From: Octopus sinensis
Taxonomy: Eukaryota
NCBI RefSeq assembly: GCF_006345805.1
Contig: NC_043026.1
Span: 10,044,001 to 10,108,000 of the forward strand
Length of the DNA: 64,000 bases
Direction of reading: 5' to 3'
Part shown: positions 36,367 through 48,509 of the stretch, in pieces
How the letters are laid out: the number at the start of each line of letters is the position of its first letter
Position numbering within the stretch: position 1 is the stretch's first letter
Position numbers and translations under genes: made by a program
Notes under the pieces: model-generated
Told to the model about the DNA's origin: nothing
Seen by the model: only the letters and a program-made list of their open reading frames with translations
Databases searched by the model: none

Positions 36367-37200
36367 GGCGCAGGAGTGGCTGTGTGTTAAGTAGTTCAAT
36401 CCCACTGCATGGCACCTTGGGCAAGTGTCTTCTACTATAGCCTCGGGACGACCAAAGCCTTGTGAGTGGATTTGGTAGACGGAAACTGAAAGAAGCCCGT
36501 CGTATATATGTATGTATATATATGCGTGTATGTGTTTGTGTGTCTGTGTTTGTCCCCCACAACATCGCTTTGCAACCGATGCTGGAGTGTTTATGTCCCC
36601 GTTACTTAGCTGTTTGGCAAAAAGAGACCGATACAATGAGTACTGGGCTTACAAAAGAATAAGTCCCGGGGTCGAGTTGCTCGATTAAAGGCGGTGCTCC
36701 AGCATGGCCGCAGTCAAATGACTGAAACAAGTAAAAGAGTAAAGAGTAAGAGAGTGGTCCAGGTGCGCTAGTCGACCTTTTGTGTTTCATTTACTTTGCT
36801 AGGTAGTCGTTGTAGGATCGACTAGTCACGACTAGCTATATCTTATATAAAATACATGTACAGAGTGGCTGTGTGGTAAGTAGCTTGCTTACCAATCACA
36901 TGGTTCCGGGTTCAGTCCCACTGCTGGGCACCTTGGGCAAGTGTCTTCTGCTATAGCCTCGGGCCGTCCAAAGCCTTGTGACTGGATTTGGTAGATGGAA
37001 ACTGAAAGAAGCCTGTCGTATATATATATAGGAGCATGAGTGGCTGTGTGGTAAGTAGCTTGGTTACCAACCACATGGTTCCGGGTTCAGTCCCACTGCG
37101 TGGCACCTTGGGCAAGTGTCTTCTACTATAGCCTCGGGCCGATCAAAACCTTGTGAGTGGATTTGGTAGACGGAAACTGAAAGAAGCCCGTCGTATATAT
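36367..37200 (+). mobile_element. SINE cluster: full-length copy 36367-36750 plus 5' halves at 36863-37030 and 37031-37200
   Basis: Three main-family heads in tandem, in the putative intron of ZF-6. Confidence 0.8.
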
Positions 37201-37714
37201 AGTAACAGTAGCAATGCAGTTTACCAGATTCTGTGATATTAAGTTTAATAAATTAAAATATTCTGTTGTTAAGTATTTCTACAGTTTATCTCAATAGAAA
37301 TGAATCTGTATTTTGTAAGTAGCCTCTACATCTTACACCGTTGTTTCTCTATAATTTCAGAACATCAGATGACATTGACATTACGGAAGAAACATCCTCA
37401 ATATCTACCATGTTTTAAAATCTAAAAGAAAATACTATACAAAGCAGATGTATGAGACTGTATTTTACAAATCTGTGGAAGAATTTCTGTGAAACATTTG
37501 CTCTGAAATATTATTAGCCAAACTTGTGAAAATCCCTGACCGGAGTGTGAAGAAGTGGAGCCTGTGTACTGATTAACGTTGGATAGATTTATGCAAGTGT
37601 TGCTAAAGAAAGGTAACACTAAACAGAGATAGAGCAGAAGAACTGTTTGTAAGGAATAAAGTACAAGAAGAAAAGGAAGTAGAATATATAAACTGGGATT
37701 TGAGTGGAAAAGTA

Positions 37715-39310
37715 ATGGAAAAGAGTGAGAAAAGTATAGGATTGATTTCCTCTGAACATGTGGTAAAAGAGAAGAGAAAATTGTCATATGACTGTAATAT
37801 CTGTAAAAAAGTCTTCTCTCTCAGATGTAACCTACTGTCCCACAAACGTATTCATGCAGGAGAGAAACCATTGCACTGTGATATCTGTGGTAAATCTTTC
37901 ACTTGCAGTAGTGACATAACTAGACACAAACATACCCATACAGGAGAGAAACCGTATCATTGTGAGGACTGTGGCAAGTCTTTCTCTGAAAATAGTACTT
38001 TGACGAAACACAAACGTATACATACAGGAGAGAAGCCATATCGATGTGATATCTGTGGTAAATCATTCTCTCAGAGTGGCCGCTTAACTAGTCATAAACA
38101 TATACATACAGGGGAGAAACCATATCACTGTGATATCTGTGGCAAATCATTCTCTCACAACCATGACTTAACTACACACAAACGTATTCATACAGGAGAA
38201 AAGTCATATCACTGTGATATCTGCGGCAAATCTTTCTCTGTAAGTAGTTTGTTAACTAAACACAGACGTATTCATACAGGAGAAAAACCATATCACTGTG
38301 AGATCTGTGGTAAATCATTCTCTGACAGTAGTGCCTTGGTTTCTCACACACGTCTTCATACAAAAGAGAAGCCATATCACTGTGATGTCTGCGGTAAATC
38401 ATTCTCTGAAAGCAATCATTTAACAAGACACATACATATCCATACAGGTGAGAAGCCGTATCACTGTGATATCTGTGACAAATCATTCTCTCACAACTAT
38501 CATTTAACTACACACAAACGTATTCATACAGGAGAGAAACCATATCATTGTGATATTTGTGGTAAATCATTCTCTTCAAGTAGTGACTTTGTGAAACACA
38601 AACGAATTCATACAGGAGAGAAACTATACTGTTGTGATATCTGTGGTTCATCATTTTCTCAGAGTTGTCACTTAACTAATCACAGGTATATTCATACAGG
38701 AGAGAAGCCATATGACTGTGATATCTGTGGTAAATCATTCTCTCGTAATAATGATTTAACTACGCACAAACGTATTCATACGGGAGAGAAACCGTATCAC
38801 TGTGAGATCTGTGGTAAATCATTCTCTAAAAGTAGTTTGTTAACTGGACACAAGCGTATTCATACAGGAGAGACAACATATCACTGTGATATCTGTGACA
38901 AATCATTCTCTCACAGCCATAATTTGACTATCCACAAACGTATTCATACAGGAGAGAAACCATATCTTTGTGATATTTGTGGTAAATCATTCTCTTCAAA
39001 TAGTGTCTTAGTGAAACACAATCGAATTCATACAGGAGAGAAACCATACCGTTGTGATATCTGTGGTTTATCATTTTCTCAGAGTTATCACTTAACTACT
39101 CACAGGCATATTCATACAGGAGAAAAACCATATCATTGTGATATCTGTGGTAAATCATTCTCTCGTAATAACAACTTAACTAAACACAAATGTATTCATG
39201 TAGGAGAGACAGCATATCACTGTGGTATGTGTAGAAAATCATTTTCTGACCGTAGTTCCTGGGCTTCACACAAACATCTTCATACAAAGGAGAATCCATA
39301 TCACTCATGA
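37715..39310 (+). CDS. C2H2 zinc-finger protein ZF-6 (18 fingers; N-terminus [11 protein letters not shown]-terminus ...KENPYHS)
   Basis: Intact ORF; first ATG at 37715. Confidence 0.9.
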   Translation: MEKSEKSIGLISSEHVVKEKRKLSYDCNICKKVFSLRCNLLSHKRIHAGEKPLHCDICGKSFTCSSDITRHKHTHTGEKPYHCEDCGKSFSENSTLTKHKRIHTGEKPYRCDICGKSFSQSGRLTSHKHIHTGEKPYHCDICGKSFSHNHDLTTHKRIHTGEKSYHCDICGKSFSVSSLLTKHRRIHTGEKPYHCEICGKSFSDSSALVSHTRLHTKEKPYHCDVCGKSFSESNHLTRHIHIHTGEKPYHCDICDKSFSHNYHLTTHKRIHTGEKPYHCDICGKSFSSSSDFVKHKRIHTGEKLYCCDICGSSFSQSCHLTNHRYIHTGEKPYDCDICGKSFSRNNDLTTHKRIHTGEKPYHCEICGKSFSKSSLLTGHKRIHTGETTYHCDICDKSFSHSHNLTIHKRIHTGEKPYLCDICGKSFSSNSVLVKHNRIHTGEKPYRCDICGLSFSQSYHLTTHRHIHTGEKPYHCDICGKSFSRNNNLTKHKCIHVGETAYHCGMCRKSFSDRSSWASHKHLHTKENPYHS

Positions 39311-39611
39311 CTGGTAAATTATTCTCTCAAAATAGTGTTTTAATGAAACACAATATTTATACAGGAGACAAAGCAAGAGAATTGTTTACTGTTTGTTACG
39401 TACCTTTAACATTGCACCTCCACACACACACACACACACATATATATGTAGTTTCAGAGTTGTTAAAAGCGCTTATATGAAGAAATAATATGGGATATGT
39501 AAATAAATATATATTTTTACAACCATCCAGCATTCTGAACACCTTTTTTCTTTCATATACATATATATATATGTGTGTGTATATATGTGTATGTATATAT
39601 GTGTGTGTATA

Positions 39612-39656
<45 letters not shown>

Positions 39657-39748
39657 GTATATATATGTTGTTGTATATATATCTGTGTGTGTGTATATCT
39701 ATATATATATATGTGTGTGTGTGTGTGTATGTATATATGATATATAGT

Positions 39749-40085
39749 TGCAGGAGTGGCTGTGTGGTAAGTAGCTTGCTTACCAACCACATGGTTCAGG
39801 GTTCAGTCCCACTGCGTCGCATCTTGGACATGTGTCTTCTGCTATAGCCCCGGGCCGACCAATGCCTTGTGAGTGGATTTGGTAGACGGAAACTGAAAGA
39901 AGCCTGTCGTATGTGTTGTGTGTATATTTTTGTGTGTCTGTGTTTGTCCCCCTAGCATTGCTTGACAGCCGATGCTGGTGTGTTTACGTCCCCGTCACCT
40001 GGCGGTTCGGCAAACAGATCGATAGAATAAGTACTGGGCTTACAAAGAATAAGTTCCGGAGTCAAATAACTGAAACAAGTCAAAG
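39749..40085 (+). mobile_element. tRNA-derived SINE, main family (deletion in the 3' module)
   Basis: Match to 841-1243. Confidence 0.8.
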
Positions 40086-40248
40086 AGATATATGTACGTA
40101 TATATATATATATATACAATCTATAATGTATATGTATGTATATATATATATGCATATATATATATATATATATACTTAATCAGTACCATACTGAAACGTA
40201 AAGGGAGATAATGAGACTTTGTTGTCTTGAATAGTTGAGAGAGGAAAT

Positions 40249-40258
40249 ACGCATGCGT
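40249..40258. promoter_or_regulatory. NRF1-like ACGCATGCGT upstream of ZF-7
   Basis: Block 40187-40530 duplicates 35502-35850. Confidence 0.45.
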
Positions 40259-40529
40259 GTTGAAGGTGCTTCCTAATTGGTTTTGATGTTTTGGTGAAAT
40301 GTCCAGTGTGTCAATTTCTTTGAATCAGCTGATTTTTATACCTTTATAATACTTACAATACGTATTTATGATGTGTTTCTCAACTGCCAGACACACACGT
40401 ATATAACAACACTATCCTTTATGAAGCATTTCCGTAAGTATTAAGCAAAGAAATTTTTCATTGTTTTTAATTCTGTAGACTTTCGGTCTTTGGCGCGTCG
40501 ATTCTTTGTGTCTTTTCTTACTTTTTATG

Positions 40530-40790
40530 AATGGGAGATGTCCTTGATTTGTGCGCGATTTGGCTGCTATTTCTGGCTATGAATGGGAAATGTTCTTGAT
40601 TTGTGCGGGATTTGGCTGCTATTTCTGGCTATGAATGGGAGATGTCCTGGATTTGGCTGCTATTTCTAGCTATGAATGGGAGATGTTCTTGATTTGTGCG
40701 GGATTTGGCTGCTCTTTCTAGGTATGAATGGGAGATGTCCTTGATTTGTGCGGGATTTGGCTGCTATTTCTAGCTATGGATGCTGTCTTC
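40530..40790. repeat. 52-bp minisatellite, ~5 units, inverted (upstream of ZF-7)
   Basis: Same core; one shortened unit. Confidence 0.85.
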
Positions 40791-40989
40791 TACACTTGAC
40801 GTTAGTTTGAGAAATATTCAGTTAATGTTTACAGTATTCCCCAGAAACCGTGGGAAAATAGTGCAATGGGTGTAAAAAAATATGTTTAGGAAATGAATAT
40901 GGAAACAAAAATGTACAGAAAGTAACGGAGGGGGTGGACTTCGGAAAATTCACAAGTTCCGAGATTTTTGGGTCCTACTGAAGAATAGT

Positions 40990-41158
40990 GGCGCAGGAGT
41001 GGCTGTATGGTAAGTAGCTTGCTTACCAACCACATGGTTCCGGGTTCAGTCCCACTGCGTGGCACCTTGGGCAAGTGTCTTCTACTATAGCCTCGGGCCG
41101 ACCAAAGCCTTATGAGTGGATTTGGTAGACGGAAACTGAAAAAGCCTGTCGTATATAT
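40990..41158 (+). mobile_element. SINE 5' half in the putative intron of ZF-7
   Basis: Left flank matches the 36367 copy; right flank matches the 37031 copy. Confidence 0.8.
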
Positions 41159-41672
41159 AGTAACAGTAGCAATGCAGTTTACCAGATTCTGTGATATTAA
41201 GTTTAATAAATTAAAATATTCTGTTGTTAAGTATTTCTACAGTTTATCTCAATAGAAATGAATCTGTATTTTGTAAGTAGCCTCTACATCTTACACCGTT
41301 GTTTCTCTATAATTTCAGAACATCCGATGACATTGACATTACGGAAGAAACATCCTCAATATCTACCATGTTTTAAAATCTAAAAGAAAATACTATACAA
41401 AGCAGATGTATGAGACTGTATTTTACAAATCTGTGGAAGAATTTCTGTGAAACATTTGCTCTGAAATATTATTAGCCAAACTTGTGAAAATCCCTGACCG
41501 GAGTGTGAAGAAGTGGAGCCTGTGTACTGATTAACGTTGGATAGATTTATGCAAGTGTTGCTAAAGAAAGGTAACACTAAACAGAGATAGAGCAGAAGAA
41601 CTGTTTGTAAGGAATAAAGTACAAGAAGAAAAGGAAGTAGAATATATAAACTGGGATTTGAGTGGAAAAGTA

Positions 41673-43367
41673 ATGGAAAAGAGTGAGAAAAGTATAGGAT
41701 TGATTTCCTCTGAACATGTGGTAAAAGAGAAGAGAAAATTGTCATATGACTGTAATATCTGTAAAAAAGTCTTCTCTCTCAGATGTAACCTACTGTCCCA
41801 CAAACGTATTCATGCAGGAGAGAAACCATTGCACTGTGATATCTGTGGTAAATCTTTCACTTGCAGTAGTGACATAACTAGACACAAACGTACCCATACA
41901 GGAGAGAAACCGTATCATTGTGAGGACTGTGGCAAATCATTCTCTGAAAATAGTATTTTGACGAAACACAAACGTATACATACAGGAGAGAAGCCATATC
42001 GATGTGATATCTGTGGTAAATCATTCTCTCGAAGTAGTCACCTAAGTAGACACAAACATATTCATACTGGAGAGAAACCGTATCATTGTGATATCTGTGG
42101 TAAATCATTCTCTCAAAGTATTCATTTAACTACACACAAATACATTCATACAGGAGAAAAACCATATCATTGTGATGCCTGTGGTAAATCATTCTCTGTA
42201 AGAAGTTCATTAACTACACACAAATGTATTTATATAGGAGAAAAACCACATCATTGTAATATCTGTGGTAAATCATTCTATCAGAACAGTGAGTTAACTA
42301 GACACAAACGTATTCATACCGGAGAGAAACCATATCGTTGTGATATCTGTGGTAAATCATTCTCTCAGAGTGGCCACTTAACTAGTCATAAACGTATACA
42401 TACAGGGGAGAAACCATATCACTGTGATATCTGTGGCAAATCATTCTCTCACAACCATGACTTAACTACACACAAACGTATTCATACAGGAGAAAAACCA
42501 TATCATTGTGATATCTGTGGCAAATCATTCTCTGTAAGTAGTTTGTTAACTAAACACAGACGTATTCATACAGGAGAAAAACCATATCACTGTGAGATCT
42601 GTGGTAAATCATTCTCTGACAGTAGTGCCTTGGTTTCTCACAAACGTCTTCATACAAAAGAGAAGCCATATCACTGTGATGTCTGTAGTAAATCATTCTC
42701 TGAAAGCAGTCAGTTAACAAAACACAAACGTATCCATACAGGAGAGAAACCTTATCGTTGTGATATCTGTGGGACATCATTCTCCCAAAGTAGTCAGTTA
42801 ACTTCACACATACGTACTCATACAGGTGAGAAGCCATTTCGCTGTGATACCTGCGGTAAATTGTTCTCTTACAGTAGTGACTTAAGTAAGCATAAACACA
42901 TTCATGCAAGAGGGACAGCATCTCACTTAAGGGTTTGTGGTAAATCCTTGAAATGTAATTCAGTAACTAGTCAGAAACATACTCATGCCAGAGAGAAGCC
43001 CCATAACTGTGACGTCTGTGGTAAGTCATTCTCTGAAAGTAGTAATTTAACTGCACACAAACGGACCCATACAGGAGAGAGACCGTATCATTGTGAAATC
43101 TGTGGTAAATCATTTTCTCGGAATAGTCACTTAACTCGACACAAACGTGTTCATACAGGTGAGAAGCCATATCACTGTGATGTCTGTGGTAAATCATTCT
43201 CTGAAAGTAGACATTTGACTAAACACAAACGTATCCATACAGGAGAGAAACCATATCATTGTGGTATTTGTGGTACATCATTCTCTCAGAGTAGCCACTT
43301 GCCTGTACACAAAAGGATTCATCATACTGGAGAGAAGCCACTTCAGTCTGATGCTTCTTGTAAATAA
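41673..43367 (+). CDS. C2H2 zinc-finger protein ZF-7 (~19 fingers, 2 degenerate)
   Basis: ORF from ATG 41673; ends in a broken finger (QSDASCK*). Confidence 0.85.
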   Translation: MEKSEKSIGLISSEHVVKEKRKLSYDCNICKKVFSLRCNLLSHKRIHAGEKPLHCDICGKSFTCSSDITRHKRTHTGEKPYHCEDCGKSFSENSILTKHKRIHTGEKPYRCDICGKSFSRSSHLSRHKHIHTGEKPYHCDICGKSFSQSIHLTTHKYIHTGEKPYHCDACGKSFSVRSSLTTHKCIYIGEKPHHCNICGKSFYQNSELTRHKRIHTGEKPYRCDICGKSFSQSGHLTSHKRIHTGEKPYHCDICGKSFSHNHDLTTHKRIHTGEKPYHCDICGKSFSVSSLLTKHRRIHTGEKPYHCEICGKSFSDSSALVSHKRLHTKEKPYHCDVCSKSFSESSQLTKHKRIHTGEKPYRCDICGTSFSQSSQLTSHIRTHTGEKPFRCDTCGKLFSYSSDLSKHKHIHARGTASHLRVCGKSLKCNSVTSQKHTHAREKPHNCDVCGKSFSESSNLTAHKRTHTGERPYHCEICGKSFSRNSHLTRHKRVHTGEKPYHCDVCGKSFSESRHLTKHKRIHTGEKPYHCGICGTSFSQSSHLPVHKRIHHTGEKPLQSDASCK

Positions 43368-44499
43368 CTCATAAATGCATTCATACAGAGGAGAAGCTAT
43401 TTCGCTGTGATGCTTATGGTAAATCATTCTCTGAAAGTCACCACTTAGCTACTCAAACATATTCATGCAGGAGAGAAACTGTATCATTATCATGTCTGGT
43501 AAATCATTCTCTGTATAAAGTGCCTGTGCAAACACAAATGTATCCATGCAGGCTACATTAACTAGAAACAAATCTATGTATACAGGAGAGAAACCGTATC
43601 ACTGTAATGTCTGTGGTAAATCATTCTCTCAGAATTGTAACTTAAATGCACACAAATGTATACATACGGGAGATAAGCCATATCATAGTGATATCTGTGG
43701 TAAATCATTCTCTGAAAATAGCAAATTAACCAGACTTACATCTATTCATACAGGAGAGAAACCGTATCACTGTAATGTCTGTGGTAAATCATTCTCTCAA
43801 AATAGTAACTTAATGAAACACAAACATCTTCATTCAGGAGAGAAACCATTTCAGTGTGATATCTGCGGTAAATGTTTCTCTAGAAGTAGTATTGTTACTG
43901 CACACAAACGTACTCATACAGGAGAGAAACCATATCCCTGTGATATCTGTGGTAAATCATTCTCTGAAAGTAGTACATTAACTAGACACAAATCTATTCA
44001 CATGCCAGAGAAACCATACTATTGCGATATTTGTGGTAAATCATTCTCTAACAGTAGTCACTTATCTACACACACACGTATCCATACTGGAGAGAAACCA
44101 TATCATTGTGATATCTGTGGTAAATCATTCTCTCAAAATGGTGATGTTACAAAACACAAATATATTCATACAAGGGAGAAATCATATCTTTGTGATGTCT
44201 GTGGTAAATCATTCTCTAACAGTAGTCACTTATCAAGACACAAATGTCTTAATACAGGAGAGAAACCATACCATTGCAATATTTGTGGTAAATCATTCTC
44301 TGACAGTAGTCACTTATCAAGACACAAACGTCTTAATACAGGAGAGAAACCATATCATTGTGATAGTTGTGGTAAATCATTCTTTCAAAATTCTGGCTTA
44401 ACACAACATAAATATATTCATACAGCAAAGAAAGGAGAAAGGGTAGTTTCTTATTTGCTAGATACTTTTAATATTCCTGTTTTATACAATAGAAATTAA
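43368..44499 (+). pseudogene. Disrupted continuation of the ZF-7 array (frameshifted fingers, then ~10 fingers in ORF 43546-44499)
   Basis: Finger DNA continues through indels; several Zn ligands are lost; the 3' end resembles the KKGKG-type tail. Confidence 0.7.
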
Positions 44500-44589
44500 A
44501 GTATTTCCAAAACTTTCAGATTTGTTTTGTTTTGTTTTTGTAATTTTCACCTCCTTTCTTACTCTGATGAAAGGACCTCTATACCAAAG

Positions 44590-44850
44590 CTCAAAAGGAG
44601 GAGACATAGGAGACTTGGGAGTTTCCATGAGGCAATACATGTGGAACTGAAGAACAAATCTGTGGCTGGTGCAAAATGCCAGGCAGGTGAAGGGTGATGT
44701 ACTGGTGGAACAGAGAAATAAACACAGCAATAAAAGCAAAGTCGTCTTGAAGGCTTTGAAAGAATGGGGACATCTGGGAGTTGGGAGAAAATCTAGGAGA
44801 CTGGTCTATTTAGCAAGGGAAAAAACATTAGTATGCCAACATTGTACAGC
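44590..44850 (+). mobile_element. Degenerate RTE LINE internal fragment
   Basis: gaacaaatctgtggctggtgcaaa = EQICGWCK, matching DQICGWCK at ~22600. Confidence 0.6.
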
Positions 44851-44867
44851 TTGAGGACTAAAATGAA

Positions 44868-44989
44868 GGCACATGGCTCAGTGGTTAGAGTGTCAAGCTT
44901 ACAAGCGTGGAGTTTTGAGTTCGAATCCTGGACTGGGCTGCGTGTTGTGTTCTTGAGCAAGACACTTTATTTCATGTTGCTCCAGTTCA
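44868..44989 (+). mobile_element. tRNA-derived SINE 5' fragment (other family)
   Basis: ggctcagtggttagag...gagttcgaatcc tRNA-like boxes followed by gtgttcttgagcaagacact. Confidence 0.6.
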
Positions 44990-45218
44990 AATATCACTCA
45001 TAAAGGATCTACTAGCAAAATGAACTCCTCACATTTCCAATAATACTCTACACACAGCGTATATAAATATTCTGCAGAATGTTGATAAAATTCAGTGAAG
45101 TTGTAATTTCTGAAGCCTAATTAGCATACTCACTAATTGTTGATTGTCTAAACTCCACTTCCTTTCCTTTTTCAAGAGCATTGGTATGAAATATATATAT
45201 ATATATAATAAATGAATA

Positions 45219-46937
45219 GGCGCAGGAGTGGCTGTGTGGTAAGTAGCTTGCTAACCAACCACATGGTTCCGGGTTCAGTCCCACTGCGTGGCATCTTGGG
45301 CAAGTGTCTTCTGCTATAGCCTCGGGCCGACCAAAGCCTTGTGAGTGGATTTGGTAGACGGAAACTGAAAGAAGCCTGTCGTATATATGTATATATATAT
45401 GTATGTATGTGTGTGTGTGTCTGTATTTGTCCCCCTAGCATTGCTTGACAACCGATGCTGGTGTGTTTACGTCCCCTGTCACTTAGCGGTTCGGCAAAAG
45501 AGACCGATAGAATAAGTACTGGGCTTACAAAGAATAAGTCCCTCGATTTGCTCGACTAAAGGCGGTGCTCCAGCATGGCCACAGTCAAATGACTGAAACG
45601 AGTAAAAGAGACCGATAGAATAAGTACTGGGCTTACAAAGAATAAGTCCTGGGGTCGATTTGCTCGACTAAAGGCGGTGCTCCAGCATGGCCACAGTCAA
45701 ATGACTGAAACAAGTAAAAAGACCGATAGAATAAGTACTGGGCTTACAAAGAATAAGTCCTGGGGTCGATTTGCTCGACTAAAGGCGGTGCTCCAGCATG
45801 GCCACAGTCAAATGACTGAAACAAGTAAAAGAGACCGATAGAATAAGTACTGGGCTTACAAAGAATAAGTCCTGGGGTCGATTTGCTCGACTAAAGGCGG
45901 TGCTCCAGCATGGCCACAGTCAAATGACTGAAACAAGTAAAAGAGACCGATAGAATAAGTACTGGGCTTACAAAGAATAAGTCCCTCGATTTGCTCGACT
46001 AAAGGCGGTGCTCCAGCATGGCCACAGTCAAATGACTGAAACGAGTAAAAGAGACCGATAGAATAAGTACTGGGCTTACAAAGAATAAGTCCTGGGGTCG
46101 ATTTGCTCGACTAAAGGCGGTGCTCCAGCATGGCCACAGTCAAATGACTGAAACAAGTAAAAGAGACCGATAGAATAAGTACTGGGCTTACAAAGAATAA
46201 GTCCCTCGATTTGCTCGACTAAAGGCGGTGCTCCAGCATGGCCACAGTCAAATGACTGAAACGAGTAAAAGAGACCGATAGAATAAGTACTGGGCTTACA
46301 AAGAATAAGTCCTGGGGTCGATTTGCTCGACTAAAGGCGGTGCTCCAGCATGGCCACAGTCAAATGACTGAAACAAGTAAAAGAGACCGATAGAATAAGT
46401 ACTGGGCTTACAAAGAATAAGTCCTGGGGTCGATTTGCTCGACTAAAGGCGGTGCTCCAGCATGGCCACAGTCAAATGACTGAAACAAGTAAAAGAGACC
46501 GATAGAATAAGTACTGGGCTTACAAAGAATAAGTCCTGGGGTCGATTTGCTCGACTAAAGGCGGTGCTCCAGCATGGCCACAGTCAAATGACTGAAACAA
46601 GTAAAAGAGACCGATAGAATAAGTACTGGGCTTACAAAGAATAAGTCCTGGGGTCGATTTGCTCGACTAAAGGCGGTGCTCCAGCATGGCCACAGTCAAA
46701 TGACTGAAACAAGTAAAGAGACCGATAGAATAAGTACTGGGCTTACAAAGAATAAGTCCTGGGGTCGATTTGCTCGACTAAAGGCGGTGCTCCAGCATGG
46801 CCACAGTCAAATGACTGAAACAAGTAAAAGAGACCGATAGAATAAGTACTGGGCTTACAAAGAATAAGTCCCTCGATTTGCTCGACTAAAGGCGGTGCTC
46901 CAGCATGGCCACAGTCAAATGACTGAAACAAGTAAAA
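45219..46937 (+). mobile_element. Main-family SINE whose 3' module is amplified into 13 tandem copies (108-112 bp)
   Basis: gaccgataga at 45502, 45610, 45721, 45833, 45945, 46053, 46165, 46273, 46385, 46497, 46609, 46720 and 46832. Confidence 0.9.
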
Positions 46938-46968
46938 GAAAAAAGAAAAGAATAAAGTACCTTTATAG

Positions 46969-47364
46969 GCACAGGAGTGGCTGTGTGGTAAGTAGCTTGT
47001 TTACCAACCACATGGTTCCGGGTTCAGTCCCACTGCGTGGCACCTTGGGCAAGTGTCTTCTACTATAGCCTCGGGTCGACCAAAGCCTTGTGAGTGGATT
47101 TGGTAGACGGAAACTGAAAGAAGCCTGTCGTATATATGTATATATATATATGTATGTATGTGTGTGTGTGTCTGTATTTGTCCCCCTAGCATTGCTTGAC
47201 AACCGATGCTGGTGTGTTTACGTCCCTGTCACTTAGCGGTTCAGCAAAAGAGGCCGATAGAATAAGTACTGGGCTTACAAAGAATAAGTCCCTCGATTTG
47301 CTTGACTAAAGGCGGTGCTCCAGCATGGCTACAGTCAAATGACTGAAACAAGTAAGAAAAAAAA
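46969..47364 (+). mobile_element. Main-family SINE with a ~23-bp TSD
   Basis: aaaagaataaagtacctttatag at 46946-46968 and 47365-47387. Confidence 0.85.
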
Positions 47365-47499
47365 AAAAGAATAAAGTACCTTTATAGCAAATATTAATTG
47401 TGACTCCTCACAGGTATAACAATATGGGTGTCAAAAAATGGTGCCAGACGAGATTTCTTACAAAATAATTTCAAAATCTGTAAGAAATTATATTAAAAA

Positions 47500-48279
47500 C
47501 TAGCAGTATCGCCCGGCGTTGCTCGGGTTTGTAAGGGAAATAACTATATAAGCATTTTTAGAGAGTTACTTCCCTTATAGATGCCAATTCGGGCTTTCTT
47601 AGCCATTTCTGTTTTGGTGTCTTCAAGCCATGAAGTCGTTGTTCTAAAAGAACGCTGGTCTCCTTGACAACGCTTTACGACGTTGATTTCCTTACACTCC
47701 CTTCCCCACAGCTTCACGAGGGAGGGAAGAAGGGGGAGAAGCAAACACAGGTGCAGGTGTTTGAGCGTGGACGCCAACTCCGCCGCCATCGACACACGAA
47801 AAATTATGCATTAAAATGGAATAAAAAATGATGTTAAATTATTTTTAAAATCGTAGACTCATCGTAGACATTTTCTGTTTTGGTGTCTTCAAGCCATGAA
47901 GTCGTTGTTCTAAAAGAACGCTGGTCTCCTTGACAACGCATTACGACGTTGATTTCTTTACACTCCTTTCCCCCACAGCTTCACGAGGGAGGGAAGAAGG
48001 GGGAGAAGCAAACAGGTGCAGGTGTGACCATGGACGCCAACTCCGCCGCCATCGACACACGAAAAATTATGCATTAAAATGGAATAAAAAATGATGTTAA
48101 ATTATTTTTAAAATCGTAGACTCATCGTAGACGCGCTCTAATAGGCAGACGGGCTCGATATGAATCACGACTATAAGATACCCGAATTTGGTTAAACTGC
48201 ACCGCAAAATGTGGGAGGAGTTATGAATCTAAATCGAAGGGGACAGACACTCACACAACTAGAGTTTTATATATATAGA
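47500..48279 (-). mobile_element. Non-autonomous Helitron (same family as 16846) with a ~265-bp internal tandem duplication
   Basis: Minus strand A|TC...CTAG|T; hairpin gcccggcgttgctcggg; ~200-bp 5' region shared with 17480-17690. Confidence 0.8.
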
Positions 48280-48509
48280 TATCACAGATGTAAGTTATAT
48301 AGAAGCAATTTTGACAGGAAACCATATTTCTGCATGCTGTAGGAGGCAAGTAAAGAGCTTTGCATCAAGAAAGGTCAACCAACTGTAAATAATCAGAGCC
48401 TCAACGAATGGATTAATTGATGTGGCTAAAACCTACTTCACTAACCCCAATTTTAGATGGAGGGTAAAAGTTTAAAAGTGTTTAGTTACAAAGAAATTAT
48501 TTTTAAAAT

